From Candidatus Melainabacteria bacterium 17Bon1m (GTDB lineage: Bacteria > Cyanobacteriota > Vampirovibrionia > Obscuribacterales > Obscuribacteraceae), in NCBI GenBank assembly GCA_032128875.1, contig JAVLKG010000005.1, forward strand, positions 96,001 to 160,000: a stretch of 64,000 nt of DNA, given 5' to 3'. A program made the translations under genes and the position numbers. This document shows positions 28,739 to 38,680 of this stretch, piece by piece. The stretch's first letter is position 1; every line of letters begins with the position of its first letter. Below the pieces are notes generated by a model that saw nothing but the letters and a program-made list of their open reading frames with translations, ran no database searches and was not told the origin of the DNA.

Positions 28739-30679
28739 TCAGCTTTGACCATGAGCAAGCAGTTCGCTCAAACGCGTCTCATAGGAGAGGATCATGTCCT
28801 CCGCCTTCTGAAGATCTCCGGCTTCCAGCGCCTCCTCTGCTTTCTGTGCAAAAGCGGTGAGTGCCTTGCCCGGTGCGATTGCGTTTTGCGCGGCTCGTGC
28901 TTGCGCGTCGGTCAGACGCTTTTGCAGCGAGTCCTTTGTAGGCACTGCCGGAGCAGTGTGCTGCCCAGGTGCATCTTCGGCGACCGTCTCTGCGTGTGGC
29001 TTTGCAGCCAATTCCGCTTGCCGGGTTTCATAGGAATGCACCATCCTTTCGGCACCGTCAAGGTCGCCCTTGCCGATGAGCTCATCCGCCTTCTCAGCGA
29101 ATTTACCCAGTGCCTTGTCTTCGCCGTGACCGGCAGCGACAGCTTTCGCTTTCGCTTGCGTCAGCCGGTCATTGAGCGCGGTCTTGGGGTCGACCGCGGG
29201 GGGGGCGGGCTGAGCGGTAGTCGAGCCGGTCGCATCTTCTTTATGAGTGGTTTCCGCAGGAGCGGCGACCACCTTAGGAGGATTGACTTTGAACTCGCCC
29301 AGCTTCACTTCGTAGGAATTGATGAACCCCTCGGCAGTGTCGAGTTTGCCATTCTTGATGGCATCTTCGGCAGCCTTGGCGAAATTCATCAACGACTTCT
29401 GATTGGCAAAGCCGAGTGTTTCCGCTTCGTCCTTCGCCTTGTCCAGCCGGCGCTGCAGCCGTACATCAGCGGGGGCGTGTTCCCATGCGACGATGAGACC
29501 TTCCAGACGAGTCTCGTAACTCGTCACTGCCATTTCGGCAGCGTTGAAGTCGAGCTTGTCGCCTGAGGCTTCGTCGAACTTCTTCTGGAAAGCATCCAGC
29601 GCCTTGTCGCTGTTCAGCCCTTTGTCGGCGTTGTCGAAACGCTTCTTCTTGGCTGCATCCATGCGCGTCTTGAGTCCGTCGGCTTTCCGGAGGAGTTCCT
29701 CCATCTCGCGCGCCGTCTGCTTGTACAGATCCTCGAGTCGCTGCGCCTCGCGATTCCAGCTGTCCAAGCCGCTTTCCACTTCCGCGAATTTCTTGGCGGT
29801 GAGGGCGGCTTTGATGACTTCCAGCTGGTCGACCAGGTCTTTGGTCTTGGGTGGCTGTTCGAGCGTCATGCCCTTGAGCGTATCGTCGACCTTCTTCTGC
29901 GCTTCCAACGCCTGGACGCGAAAGCCGCGCACTTGCTCGAGGCGAGCGTAGGCGCGTTTCACATCCTCACCGATGGACTCGCGGTCGTGCTCCATCTTCT
30001 GGATGACGATGCGAGCCTTGGTGATGTATCCGCCGATTTCCTCGTCGAATTTCTTCGGCTGGAGGCTGAGCGGATTGCCGAGGCGGGTGCGGTCGAAAGT
30101 CGTGAGTCGGGCTTCGATGTCGCTCAGCTCAGCAGGTTTCGGCTTGCCCACGGTATTGACGCGGGCTTCCAGCTGCTCTACTTCCGCGCGGCGCCTCGAG
30201 GCGACTTCAGCGAGGTCGAGCCAGCGCTGACGCAAGTTGACGAAGAACTTGTTGGCCTTGTCGAAGACTTCGACCATCGTCTTTTTCAGCTCGTCGGGAG
30301 TGGTCGTCTGCTTCTGCGTGGCAGAGCCGAGCAGACCTCTCTCGTGAGCCGGAACGACGACAAGCGACAATTGAATCGACTGCCCGTTCAGGAGCTTGTC
30401 GATTTCATCGATCGCTTCCTGGCGGCCGATTAGGCGCGGCAGGTTGTCGCGCTTCTTCTGTGCTTCTTCGACCACGTCGCGAATCAGCTTCAGGTATTCC
30501 CAGAGCTTCTCGACCGTCGTGAACGCTTCGTGGCACTTGGTGTCAGTTTCGCCTGTCAGCTGGTTTGCTTTTGCCGTCACGTAGCCGCCGCCGTCTTCGA
30601 GTGAGACGAGGTTGGCATTGATGTTCGGCAAATCCTGCTTCCAGCTGGCAAGCTTTTGATCAAGCTTATCGAGAGTCAT
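28739..30679 (-). CDS. Coiled-coil protein with four C-terminal ~55-aa helical repeats
   Basis: GGAGGA RBS. The motif KAL..F..KA...G.L..AE....SYE.RL recurs four times. Confidence 0.85.
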   Translation of the reverse strand: MTLDKLDQKLASWKQDLPNINANLVSLEDGGGYVTAKANQLTGETDTKCHEAFTTVEKLWEYLKLIRDVVEEAQKKRDNLPRLIGRQEAIDEIDKLLNGQSIQLSLVVVPAHERGLLGSATQKQTTTPDELKKTMVEVFDKANKFFVNLRQRWLDLAEVASRRRAEVEQLEARVNTVGKPKPAELSDIEARLTTFDRTRLGNPLSLQPKKFDEEIGGYITKARIVIQKMEHDRESIGEDVKRAYARLEQVRGFRVQALEAQKKVDDTLKGMTLEQPPKTKDLVDQLEVIKAALTAKKFAEVESGLDSWNREAQRLEDLYKQTAREMEELLRKADGLKTRMDAAKKKRFDNADKGLNSDKALDAFQKKFDEASGDKLDFNAAEMAVTSYETRLEGLIVAWEHAPADVRLQRRLDKAKDEAETLGFANQKSLMNFAKAAEDAIKNGKLDTAEGFINSYEVKLGEFKVNPPKVVAAPAETTHKEDATGSTTAQPAPPAVDPKTALNDRLTQAKAKAVAAGHGEDKALGKFAEKADELIGKGDLDGAERMVHSYETRQAELAAKPHAETVAEDAPGQHTAPAVPTKDSLQKRLTDAQARAAQNAIAPGKALTAFAQKAEEALEAGDLQKAEDMILSYETRLSELLAHGQS

Positions 30680-30896
30680 ATTAAGTCCTCCAGATTTGCG
30701 TCCGCCCCGGTGAGGCGAGACTACAGGTAGTTTGAAAACCCGCAGCTCGCCTGCACCAGGGACGGTGCAAAGCCAGCCGGAGGCGTGTCCAGTTGAATCC
30801 TTCTACTTACGTTCGAAGGACTGAATCGCGCCAACCGGCAACCGCTGTTCTACAAGGATTGAGTCCTTGCAGAAACAGCGGCACCACAGTCAGCGC

Positions 30897-31451
30897 TTAG
30901 AACAGGCGGGCGATGGCGCCGGCCAGATCCTGCACGGTGCGGCCGTCGGCCGGGTCACCGATGGCGGCGAACTTCCATTCGCCGTTGTGCCGGTACAGGC
31001 GCGACATGATCATCGCGGTGTTGGGCACCTTCGCCGAGAGCTCGAAGCGGCACAGCTCGGCGCCGCCGGCACCGTTGACGATGCGCACGAAGGCGTTCTC
31101 GACGACGTCGAACTTCTGGCCCAGGAACGAGTTGACCGTGAAGACGATGTGCTGCACGTTGGCCGGCACCTTCGTCAGGTCGACCGAGATCACCTCGTCG
31201 TCGCCGTCGCCGGCGCCGGTACGGTTGTCGCCCGAGTGCACGACCGAGCCGCACTTCGACTTCAGCTGGCGGAACCAGACCTGGTCGAGAAGGGCCTTGT
31301 CGGCGCCGAGCAGAACGCAGGAGGCGTCGAGGTCGACATCACGCGAGCCGGTGTCCCAGCCGAGACCCATCTTGATGACGCCCAGCGCGTTGCCGCCGTT
31401 GAGATCCTTGGAAAGGGAAACCTTCTGTCCCTTGGTGAGCTTGACTGCCAT
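30897..31451 (-). CDS. terZ: TerD-family stress protein (TerZ-like)
   Basis: [55 protein letters not shown]. Confidence 0.88.
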   Translation of the reverse strand: MAVKLTKGQKVSLSKDLNGGNALGVIKMGLGWDTGSRDVDLDASCVLLGADKALLDQVWFRQLKSKCGSVVHSGDNRTGAGDGDDEVISVDLTKVPANVQHIVFTVNSFLGQKFDVVENAFVRIVNGAGGAELCRFELSAKVPNTAMIMSRLYRHNGEWKFAAIGDPADGRTVQDLAGAIARLF

Positions 31452-31599
31452 GTTGAATTCTCCTTACGCCTTGTAGGCGTGTTCTGGATGTTGGTGAAAA
31501 GGGGCTGCGACCCAACTGCATAGTTGGATGCGCAGCCCCAGTTCGATGAACGAATTCGAGCCGTGAAACGCTAGCGCCTAGGCGCCGTCCGCTTCTCGA

Positions 31600-32184
31600 T
31601 TACTCGACGGAGATGCCGTAGTTGCCGCAGAGGGCAGCCAGGCCGCCGTCGTAGCCCTGACCGACCGCGTTCATCTTCCACTCGCCGTTGTGGTTGTAGA
31701 TCTCGGCGAAGATCATCGCGGTGTTGGTGGAGGCGTCTTCCGACAGGTCGAAGCGGGCGATCTCGGTGCCGTCGGCCTCGTTGACGATGCGCACGAAGGC
31801 ATTGGTGATCTGACCGAAGGACTGGCCGCGCTCGGCGGCTTCGTTGATGGTGACCGCGACCGCGACCTTCTTGACCGCGGGGTCGAGCTTGGTCAGGTCG
31901 ATCTTGATCACCTCGTCGTCACCGTCGCCGGCGCCGGTCAGGTTGTCGCCCTGGTGCTCGACGGCGCCGCAGACCGACTTCTTCTGGTTGTAGAAGATGA
32001 AGCCCGCGTCGTCCTTCACCTTGCCGGTGTCGGTGAGCAGGAAGGCGGACGCGTCGGCGTCGAACGGCTTGCCATCGGTGACGCGGGCGTCCCAGCCCAG
32101 ACCGATGTGGATCTTCGCGAGACCGGCGGCGCCGGCGTTCTTGCTGAGGGAAACCTTCTCGCCTTTCTTCAGGGAAATGGCCAT
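31600..32184 (-). CDS. terD: TerD-family stress protein
   Basis: [52 protein letters not shown] before ATG 32184. Confidence 0.92.
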   Translation of the reverse strand: MAISLKKGEKVSLSKNAGAAGLAKIHIGLGWDARVTDGKPFDADASAFLLTDTGKVKDDAGFIFYNQKKSVCGAVEHQGDNLTGAGDGDDEVIKIDLTKLDPAVKKVAVAVTINEAAERGQSFGQITNAFVRIVNEADGTEIARFDLSEDASTNTAMIFAEIYNHNGEWKMNAVGQGYDGGLAALCGNYGISVE

Positions 32185-32370
32185 GGTGTGTTCTCCTTTG
32201 TGCCGCTTGGGCAATTTGGGTTGCGGAGCGATGTTGCTCCAGTTTCAGAAGAAGCAGGCGAGGCAGCCGGATGGCTGCCTGCCTGCAGGAAGACGTGCTG
32301 TTAAGCCTGTCTTTGGACCGTCAAGCGCTGCTTGCAGAGACTGGCGTGTTTAGATCACGCTGCCGGCGTC

Positions 32371-32952
32371 TTAGATGTTGACGCCGTAGTTGCCGCAGAG
32401 GGCAGCCAGGCCGCCGTCGTAGCCCTGACCGACCGCGTTCATCTTCCACTCGCCGTTGTGGTTGTACACCTCGGCGAAGATCATGGCGGTGTTGGTCGAG
32501 GCGTCCTCGGACAGGTCGTAGCGCGCGATCTCGCTGCCGTCGGCCTCGTTCACGATGCGCACGTAGGCGTTGGTGATCTGGCCGAAGGACTGGCGGCGCG
32601 TGTCGGCGTCGTTGATGGTGACCGCGATCGCGACCTTCTTGATGTCGGCCGGAACCTTCGTCAGGTCGATCTTGATCGTCTCGTCGTCACCGTCGCCGGC
32701 GCCGGTCAGGTTGTCGCCGCTGTGCTCGACCGAGCCGCAGGGGGACTTCTTCTGGTTGTAGAAGACGAAGCACTCGTCCGACTTGACCTTGCCGGCATCG
32801 GTGAGCATGAACGCGGAGGCGTCGGCATCGAACGGCTGACCGTCGGTGACGCGGGCGTCCCAGCCGAGGCCGACGCGGATCTTGGTCAGGCCAGCGGGAC
32901 CGGCGTTCTTCGTGAGCGAAACCTTCTCGCCTTTCTTCAGGGAAACGGGCAT
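32371..32952 (-). CDS. terD: TerD-family stress protein (close paralogue of 31600-32184)
   Basis: Same TerD motifs; AAAGGAG RBS. Confidence 0.92.
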   Translation of the reverse strand: MPVSLKKGEKVSLTKNAGPAGLTKIRVGLGWDARVTDGQPFDADASAFMLTDAGKVKSDECFVFYNQKKSPCGSVEHSGDNLTGAGDGDDETIKIDLTKVPADIKKVAIAVTINDADTRRQSFGQITNAYVRIVNEADGSEIARYDLSEDASTNTAMIFAEVYNHNGEWKMNAVGQGYDGGLAALCGNYGVNI

Positions 32953-33130
32953 GGTGTCTTTCTCCTTTGTGCCTCGGCGCTCGCGCCTGAGGCGGGTTTT
33001 GTGCGTTGAATGACGAACTGAGGCGCGAACACTCGCTGCGCTCAGCAGGTGTTAAACGAGATGGAGGGAAGCCAAACTCTCAGAGAGCCGGCTTCCCTCT
33101 CATGCGGGAGCGGACTGGCAGCCGAGCTGC

Positions 33131-33859
33131 TTAGTCGTCGAGGGCCTTCTCGAGGATCTGCTTGGTCGTCAGACCGACGCACTCGTCGACGGTCAGGCAG
33201 TTGACGCAGTCGAACTTGGCGCCCTTGGCGACCAGACCGTTGTTCAGGCGCTCGAGGAACGCCGTGGCGCCCTTGTCCTTGCCGGTCTGGATGAACGAGA
33301 AGCCGATCTTGTCACGACCGTAACCGGCCGCGGCCAGGCGCTTGGTGGCGTCGATGATCAGGTCTTCCAGGGCCTTCTCGCCGGCGGCGCCGTCGGAGGG
33401 CTGGCCGTCCGTGATGATGACGTACAGGCGCGGCTTGGTGTTCGGGTTGGCCGGGACCGCCGGAGTGTCCGGGGTGCCCTTGCTGAAGAAGCCGCCCTTG
33501 GTGCCCTTCACCGCCGGCTTGCCGAGCAGCTGGTCGAGGTAGTCGTCGACGCGCGGCTTGAGGGCCTTGGCGTGGTAGGTGCCGCCACCGTCGGCGCGAG
33601 CCGCCTTGAGGACGGTCTGGGCCTTGGCGTCGGTGGTGTTCTCGTTGACGTCGTGGATGTCGGTGTCGAAGCACCAGACGGTGAGACCGTCCTCGTCGAG
33701 CTCGCCGGCTTCCTTGATGAGCAGGCCGATGGTCTTCTTGCTGTCTTCCAGACGCGACAGCCCGGTCGGGGTGTCCTTCGCGTCCATGGAGCCGGAGGTG
33801 TCGAGACCGACTTCGGTGTCGTACTTGGACAGGTCACGCTTCTTGAGGCTGAGAGCCAT
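33131..33859 (-). CDS. von Willebrand factor A domain protein (Ter-associated)
   Basis: MIDAS motif DTSGSM, GGGT, YVIITDGQP, SFIQTG. Confidence 0.85.
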   Translation of the reverse strand: MALSLKKRDLSKYDTEVGLDTSGSMDAKDTPTGLSRLEDSKKTIGLLIKEAGELDEDGLTVWCFDTDIHDVNENTTDAKAQTVLKAARADGGGTYHAKALKPRVDDYLDQLLGKPAVKGTKGGFFSKGTPDTPAVPANPNTKPRLYVIITDGQPSDGAAGEKALEDLIIDATKRLAAAGYGRDKIGFSFIQTGKDKGATAFLERLNNGLVAKGAKFDCVNCLTVDECVGLTTKQILEKALDD

Positions 33860-34030
33860 GATGCAATCTCCTTGTTTTCGCTATTGAGCGATGGGTTAGA
33901 GCCAAGGCGCACTGACGTTGTGTCAGATGCGCCCGGGCCGAACGTGCTGGCGCGAGGAATTCGCTGCCAGCTGGATATCGATGTTTAGGCGCGCGTTATG
34001 CGCACCTCAACCAGACAGAAATGCGACCGG

Positions 34031-34630
34031 TTACTCGGCGTCGACGCCGTAGCGACCGCACAGAGCCAGCAGACCACCGTCGTAGCCCTGGCCGATGGCG
34101 TCGAAGCGCCATTCGCCGTCCTTGCGGTACACCGCGCCGAAGTCGAGGGCGGTGTTGGTGGAGGCTTCCTCCGAGATGTCGAAGCGGCAGAGCTCGGTGT
34201 TGTCCTCTTCGTTGACGACGCGGATGAAGGCGTTGGTCACCTGACCGAACGACTGACCGCGCTCCTTCGCTTCGTGGATGGTAACGGCGAAGACGATGCG
34301 CTGGACGTCGGCACCGACCTTGGTCAGGTCGATGATCATCGACTCGTCGTCGCCATCGCCCACGCCCGTGCGGTTGTCGCCGGTGTGCTCGATGGAGCCG
34401 TCCTTGGTGATCAGCTTGCCGTTGATCTTGTCCATCCCGTAGAACACGAAGTCCTGGTTCTGGTTGCGGACCTTGCCGGTGGCGCCGAGCACGAACGCCG
34501 AAGCGTCGAGGTCGAATGCCTTGCCGGAAGTGGCGCGCGTGTCCCAGCCCAGACCGACGCGGATCTTCTTCAGGCTGGGAGCCTGTTTGGTGAGAGAGAT
34601 CTTCTCGCCCTTTTTCAGGGAAATCGGCAT
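34031..34630 (-). CDS. terD: TerD-family stress protein
   Basis: GLGWD, FDLDASAF, HTGDNRTGVGDGDDE, GEWRFDAIGQG. AAAGGAG RBS before ATG 34630. Confidence 0.9.
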   Translation of the reverse strand: MPISLKKGEKISLTKQAPSLKKIRVGLGWDTRATSGKAFDLDASAFVLGATGKVRNQNQDFVFYGMDKINGKLITKDGSIEHTGDNRTGVGDGDDESMIIDLTKVGADVQRIVFAVTIHEAKERGQSFGQVTNAFIRVVNEEDNTELCRFDISEEASTNTALDFGAVYRKDGEWRFDAIGQGYDGGLLALCGRYGVDAE

Positions 34631-35454
34631 GTTGGTTTTCTCCTTTGCGCGAGTGCGCACACTGTTTGCGGAGTGAACCGCCTGTCACAGTCGTTTACGT
34701 GACTGTTTGCACCAGAAGCGAAGTGCCTCTAGTGCGACTGGAGATAAGCGCGACTGAGTTGCGAAAGCTTGGCTCAACATGCGTCAGCTGACACAGTTTC
34801 ATCAAGTTCCGCGAGCTCGGTGCGCCAATTGCGTAAAAAACGCGAACAACCTCCAACTCTGCTTTTCGGTTCACTTCTTCGAATTTGACCGCCCGGCTTC
34901 AACTCACTCCTTGCGGAATGCGGTTGGGACAAAGGCGAGTGAGTCAATAAGCGAAGTTGTTGGGCTTTTCCGAAAACACAGAGGAAAACGAGGTACATCC
35001 CGATTATGCAGAGCGCTGCTGTTAAAACCTCTTGCTGACCCTCTAGTTATTGCAGGTCAGATACATTTCGATTACAGGAATGTCTTACCTATCTAGGGTG
35101 CCGCAGCCCTCTTGACTTCCGGGTTTTTGGCGCTCGATTTCTGGGGTACGAGGCGTTGCAAGTTCTGAGCCTGTGCGGCGAATCGAGTAGTCAAGATGAG
35201 TTGGCTTACATATTGATTGATACTCATAATGGGCCTATTAACTGTGCTACCTCGCGCGGGGCGGTTCGCTGGTGCGGTCTATGGGGCGAAGTACTTGAGT
35301 GGTTTGTCATCAATGAAACGCAGATATTAAGCGCGTTTAAGCGATGTCAAGAAGGCTGGCGCTAGTTTTAAGGCTGCACCACGCGTGGTGCTAGTTGAAT
35401 TAAGTGGCGCTCACCTTTGCCAAGGCCAGAAAGACTTCGAAAAGTTGCAGTTGT

Positions 35455-35695
35455 GATCCGTGCGATCTCAACAATTGATCACGTTTTGATCAGAGTTCCA
35501 GTAGGACCTTAAAGCTCGGCAAGGCTCAGGACGTTTCGTTGATCAGATCTGATGAACATCAGATGCAGATCTCGTGAACACCAGATGCAGATCTAATAGA
35601 GATGAACATCAAAGCTTTCATCTGAATGAGATGAGCCATGAATTTACACTTAATCACAATCAGATCACTTAGCTAAACAAAGCTTCAAACGGATC
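35455..35695. repeat. GATC-dense patch with a 22-bp direct repeat
   Basis: Ten GATC sites counted in 241 bp. GATGAACATCAGATGCAGATCT (35551-35572), CGTGAACACCAGATGCAGATCT (35573-35594) and a partial third copy at 35601. Confidence 0.7.
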
Positions 35696-36567
35696 AGAAA
35701 AAAGCTTGATGCAGACCACTTTTTGATTGGGCGCGAAGACCTATCAGAGCTTTTGAAAGCTGTTGGTTGTGGCCGCTTTTAAGGCAACAGGTTGATGCGA
35801 TGTTGCGCTAGATTTTTGAGTTGGTTTATGTTCTGAAACAATTGCGACCTCATTGTCTCGCTATGTTGCCGCAATAGCTCAACTACGCTTGTTTATCATC
35901 GAGCGCTCAGACCTCGCGCAAGTTTGTGCAAACTCGCTCTCCTCGCCGTTTCTGAGCTGCCACTCAAACTTCCTCTTGGCAACTAAAATCTTATTTAGAA
36001 AAAGGGAAAACCGCATGAAGCCATCGTTCTGGCTATTCGCTTGAATTTCACAATACGTCTTGATTTTGAGACGAACTGCCGTAGTATTTTAAACGTTGTT
36101 TTGCACCAAATGCGGTGCGGCATTGCGCTGACCAAACAAGCCGGATTTTGAAGAACGTTAAGCAGACATGACGTGATTGGCGCAGGGACCAGTTTTCATA
36201 GAAACCTGATGATCATTATCCAAGCTGAATATCGCTTTTCTGTGAGTGCTGTGGGGCTGAGGCTCGAGCGGCTTCTATCATGAGCTTCTGAACAATTTTT
36301 CTTTTGCTCCTGTCACAGAGATTTAGGCAAGATGGGGCTCTTACCTCTCAACTCTCATTGACGTTTCATCTTCAAGCCCAGGCGCATACCCAGTACTCCC
36401 AATTCGTCGCCCACGCACTCTTCATCGAGAGTTGATGCAGAACGTCTGCTCAGAGGTTTCGCCAGGCCATTCGCTAATGGAAGCAAGCACGTCTTGCCTC
36501 TTCATCCGCTCAATTGGTCGACGCGTCGCGTCGACGCTACATCGGTCACAAAAAGCGAAAGCAAATT

Positions 36568-37866
36568 ATGAAAACAATGCCAACCACAGATCCGTTCCGC
36601 ACCTTAGTGGAATCAGAGTTCGCCAAGCTCCTCAGTCGTTTGAGCCGTCGACTTCTGATCGTCGGTGATTTCGGAAAGGACCTCGACGACGAAGATACGG
36701 TTCTTTTCCTGACTGGAGAACAGCGGCACCGCCGTCAGACTCAGCTGGAGTTCTTCACCACACCGGGTTCGCGCAAGCAGGATCTGTTCGAACTCAAGGC
36801 TGTGATTGCCAATCTGGCGCCGCCCATCAAGCGTGCACAGCTCGCCAAAGGAACGCTCAAGCTGCTCGGTCAGCCCAATGTTCCTGTCGGCATCGGCACG
36901 GACTGCAAGAACAGTCCCAACGGTCACGACCACGAGTTCGCCAAAGTCACCTACATGGCCGACGTGTCGGAACTCGAAGACGGGCGTGAATTGCTCGTTC
37001 GCACGCTGAAAGATGCCGAAGACAACAGCATTACGCTGGTGCTCATCTCGGGCATGACCGACATCGCCGCCATTCTCAAAGAACACGCGCAGCTGGTCAA
37101 AGCAAAGGTCGAATCCGTTGCCATCATGGGCGGCGTCGAGATCGAGAAGGAAACCAATAAGGTGGTCATCGACAAGGATGGCTACATGGTGCCCGACTCG
37201 GCGGCGAACAACAAGTTCGACATGGACTCGGCGATCTACACCTACCGCTGCCTCCAGGAGCTGGGCATTCCGCTGGTGATCCTCACCCGCGCCGCGGCTT
37301 ACGCGTGCAAGGTGCCGCGCAGCTTCTATGACGAACTAGCCGCCACCGGTCATCCAGTCGGTATCAAGCTGCGTGATTCGCAGCAGGGCTCCATCGAGGC
37401 GCTCTGGCAGAAAGTGAACCTGCCGGTCGGCCACGAAGGGCGCGCCAAGATGCCGGAGCGTCTGAACCGAGACTGGTTCTGCGATACCTTTTGCGCCGGC
37501 AAGGGCAAGGATCGCACCGGCGAAGACAGCATCTGGGACCTCATCCAGTCGTTCAATCTGTACGACCCGATGACTCTCATCGCCGCCGTACCCGAACTTC
37601 GGGAGCGCTTCTACGACCCGACGGTCGTAAAGGTCGGCGAGACCGAACACCTGATCATCGGTGTCTGCGATGCCGTCCCCGGCGTCAAAGACCCCGAGGC
37701 GCTGGCGGACTACATGCTCAAGCGGTGTCTGCTGTCGCTCACGGTCAGCCTCGAGGAACTTCCGAGCGAGTACCGCAACGACAAGTTTTCCAACGAAGGG
37801 GAGCAGCCGCCGTGCCCGCCTCCCAAGAACCAGGACGCAGATGCGGGTGACAAAGCAAAGGACTAG
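36568..37866 (+). CDS. Nucleoside-hydrolase-fold protein, XopQ/HopQ1-like
   Basis: Asp cluster DFGKDLDDE, IMGG, ANNKFD, LYDP; KRAQLAKG, ELGIPLVILTRAAAY and GHPVGIKLRD. Confidence 0.8.
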   Translation: MKTMPTTDPFRTLVESEFAKLLSRLSRRLLIVGDFGKDLDDEDTVLFLTGEQRHRRQTQLEFFTTPGSRKQDLFELKAVIANLAPPIKRAQLAKGTLKLLGQPNVPVGIGTDCKNSPNGHDHEFAKVTYMADVSELEDGRELLVRTLKDAEDNSITLVLISGMTDIAAILKEHAQLVKAKVESVAIMGGVEIEKETNKVVIDKDGYMVPDSAANNKFDMDSAIYTYRCLQELGIPLVILTRAAAYACKVPRSFYDELAATGHPVGIKLRDSQQGSIEALWQKVNLPVGHEGRAKMPERLNRDWFCDTFCAGKGKDRTGEDSIWDLIQSFNLYDPMTLIAAVPELRERFYDPTVVKVGETEHLIIGVCDAVPGVKDPEALADYMLKRCLLSLTVSLEELPSEYRNDKFSNEGEQPPCPPPKNQDADAGDKAKD

Positions 37867-38048
37867 TCTGACCCCGGCTAGGACTGTCTTTGTCGCCCAG
37901 TAAGAGCAGGTAGTTCTCTGCCTGCTCGAGTCGCAGCGCAATAGCGTTGCGATCCCGGGGAGCTGGGTGCTTTGGCAGCACTCAGCTCCCTTCAGGGAGT
38001 CATTGATGACTCCTGTCCAGTCAAAGAACCAAAATAAGGGCAAAACGC

Positions 38049-38504
38049 ATGGGTGCACTGATATTCTGCCTGTTTTACTGCGTGGGCGCGCTCTTCGTGT
38101 CCGTGGTCGTGGGCGTCAACCACGCCAACGCCGCCGGAATCGTCGCCTGTTTTCTGGTGACGACCGCCGCCTTCGGTGCCGCCGATCTCAGTCTCTACCT
38201 GGTTCGCGGCCCCTTCAACCGCTTCTTTCAAGCGCTGCTTCGTGCGCGCGAGTTGGGAGCTCTGCTCATGCTCCTGTTTATGTTCGCCGTCATCGGCAGC
38301 ATCACAGGTGGTGTCATCTGGGGTTGGGCTTCGCTCGCCCCTCAGGCGTTCGGGTCGGACTCTTTGAAGACCATGCATGTCGCTGAAGCTTTCCGGCTGG
38401 GCTTTGCCGCCGCTCTGCTCATCGGCTTCCTGTCGTTCATCAACTTCCCGAACAGGTTTTCGGAATTGGCCAAATTGGCTGAGCGCTATAACCGCCGAGA
38501 CTAA
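38049..38504 (+). CDS. Membrane protein (about 4 TM)
   Basis: Four hydrophobic segments and GC3 bias. Confidence 0.65.
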   Translation: MGALIFCLFYCVGALFVSVVVGVNHANAAGIVACFLVTTAAFGAADLSLYLVRGPFNRFFQALLRARELGALLMLLFMFAVIGSITGGVIWGWASLAPQAFGSDSLKTMHVAEAFRLGFAAALLIGFLSFINFPNRFSELAKLAERYNRRD

Positions 38505-38680
38505 GGCAGTTGCGCTCAGTTGATTTGTGGTTTTGACCGAGCGGACGCAGAGCCAATCTGCAATTCCGCTGTCTGCAGAAATCGTCGCTTGCTGATGCAA
38601 GCGGCCAAACCGAGTCGTCGCATCTCTGACAAAAGCAGATGTGGCAAACCCGCCTCTAATGAGGCACAAGGAGCAAACAC

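Noticed and set aside
19330..34702. Many long plus-strand ORFs across the ter region (e.g. 21939-23249, 23331-24425, 27338-28396)
   Set aside because: Antisense shadows expected from high GC3; the minus-strand frames carry family motifs and RBSs.
35455..35710. Chromosomal oriC
   Set aside because: No TTATCCACA-type DnaA boxes seen and no dnaA, dnaN or gidA nearby.
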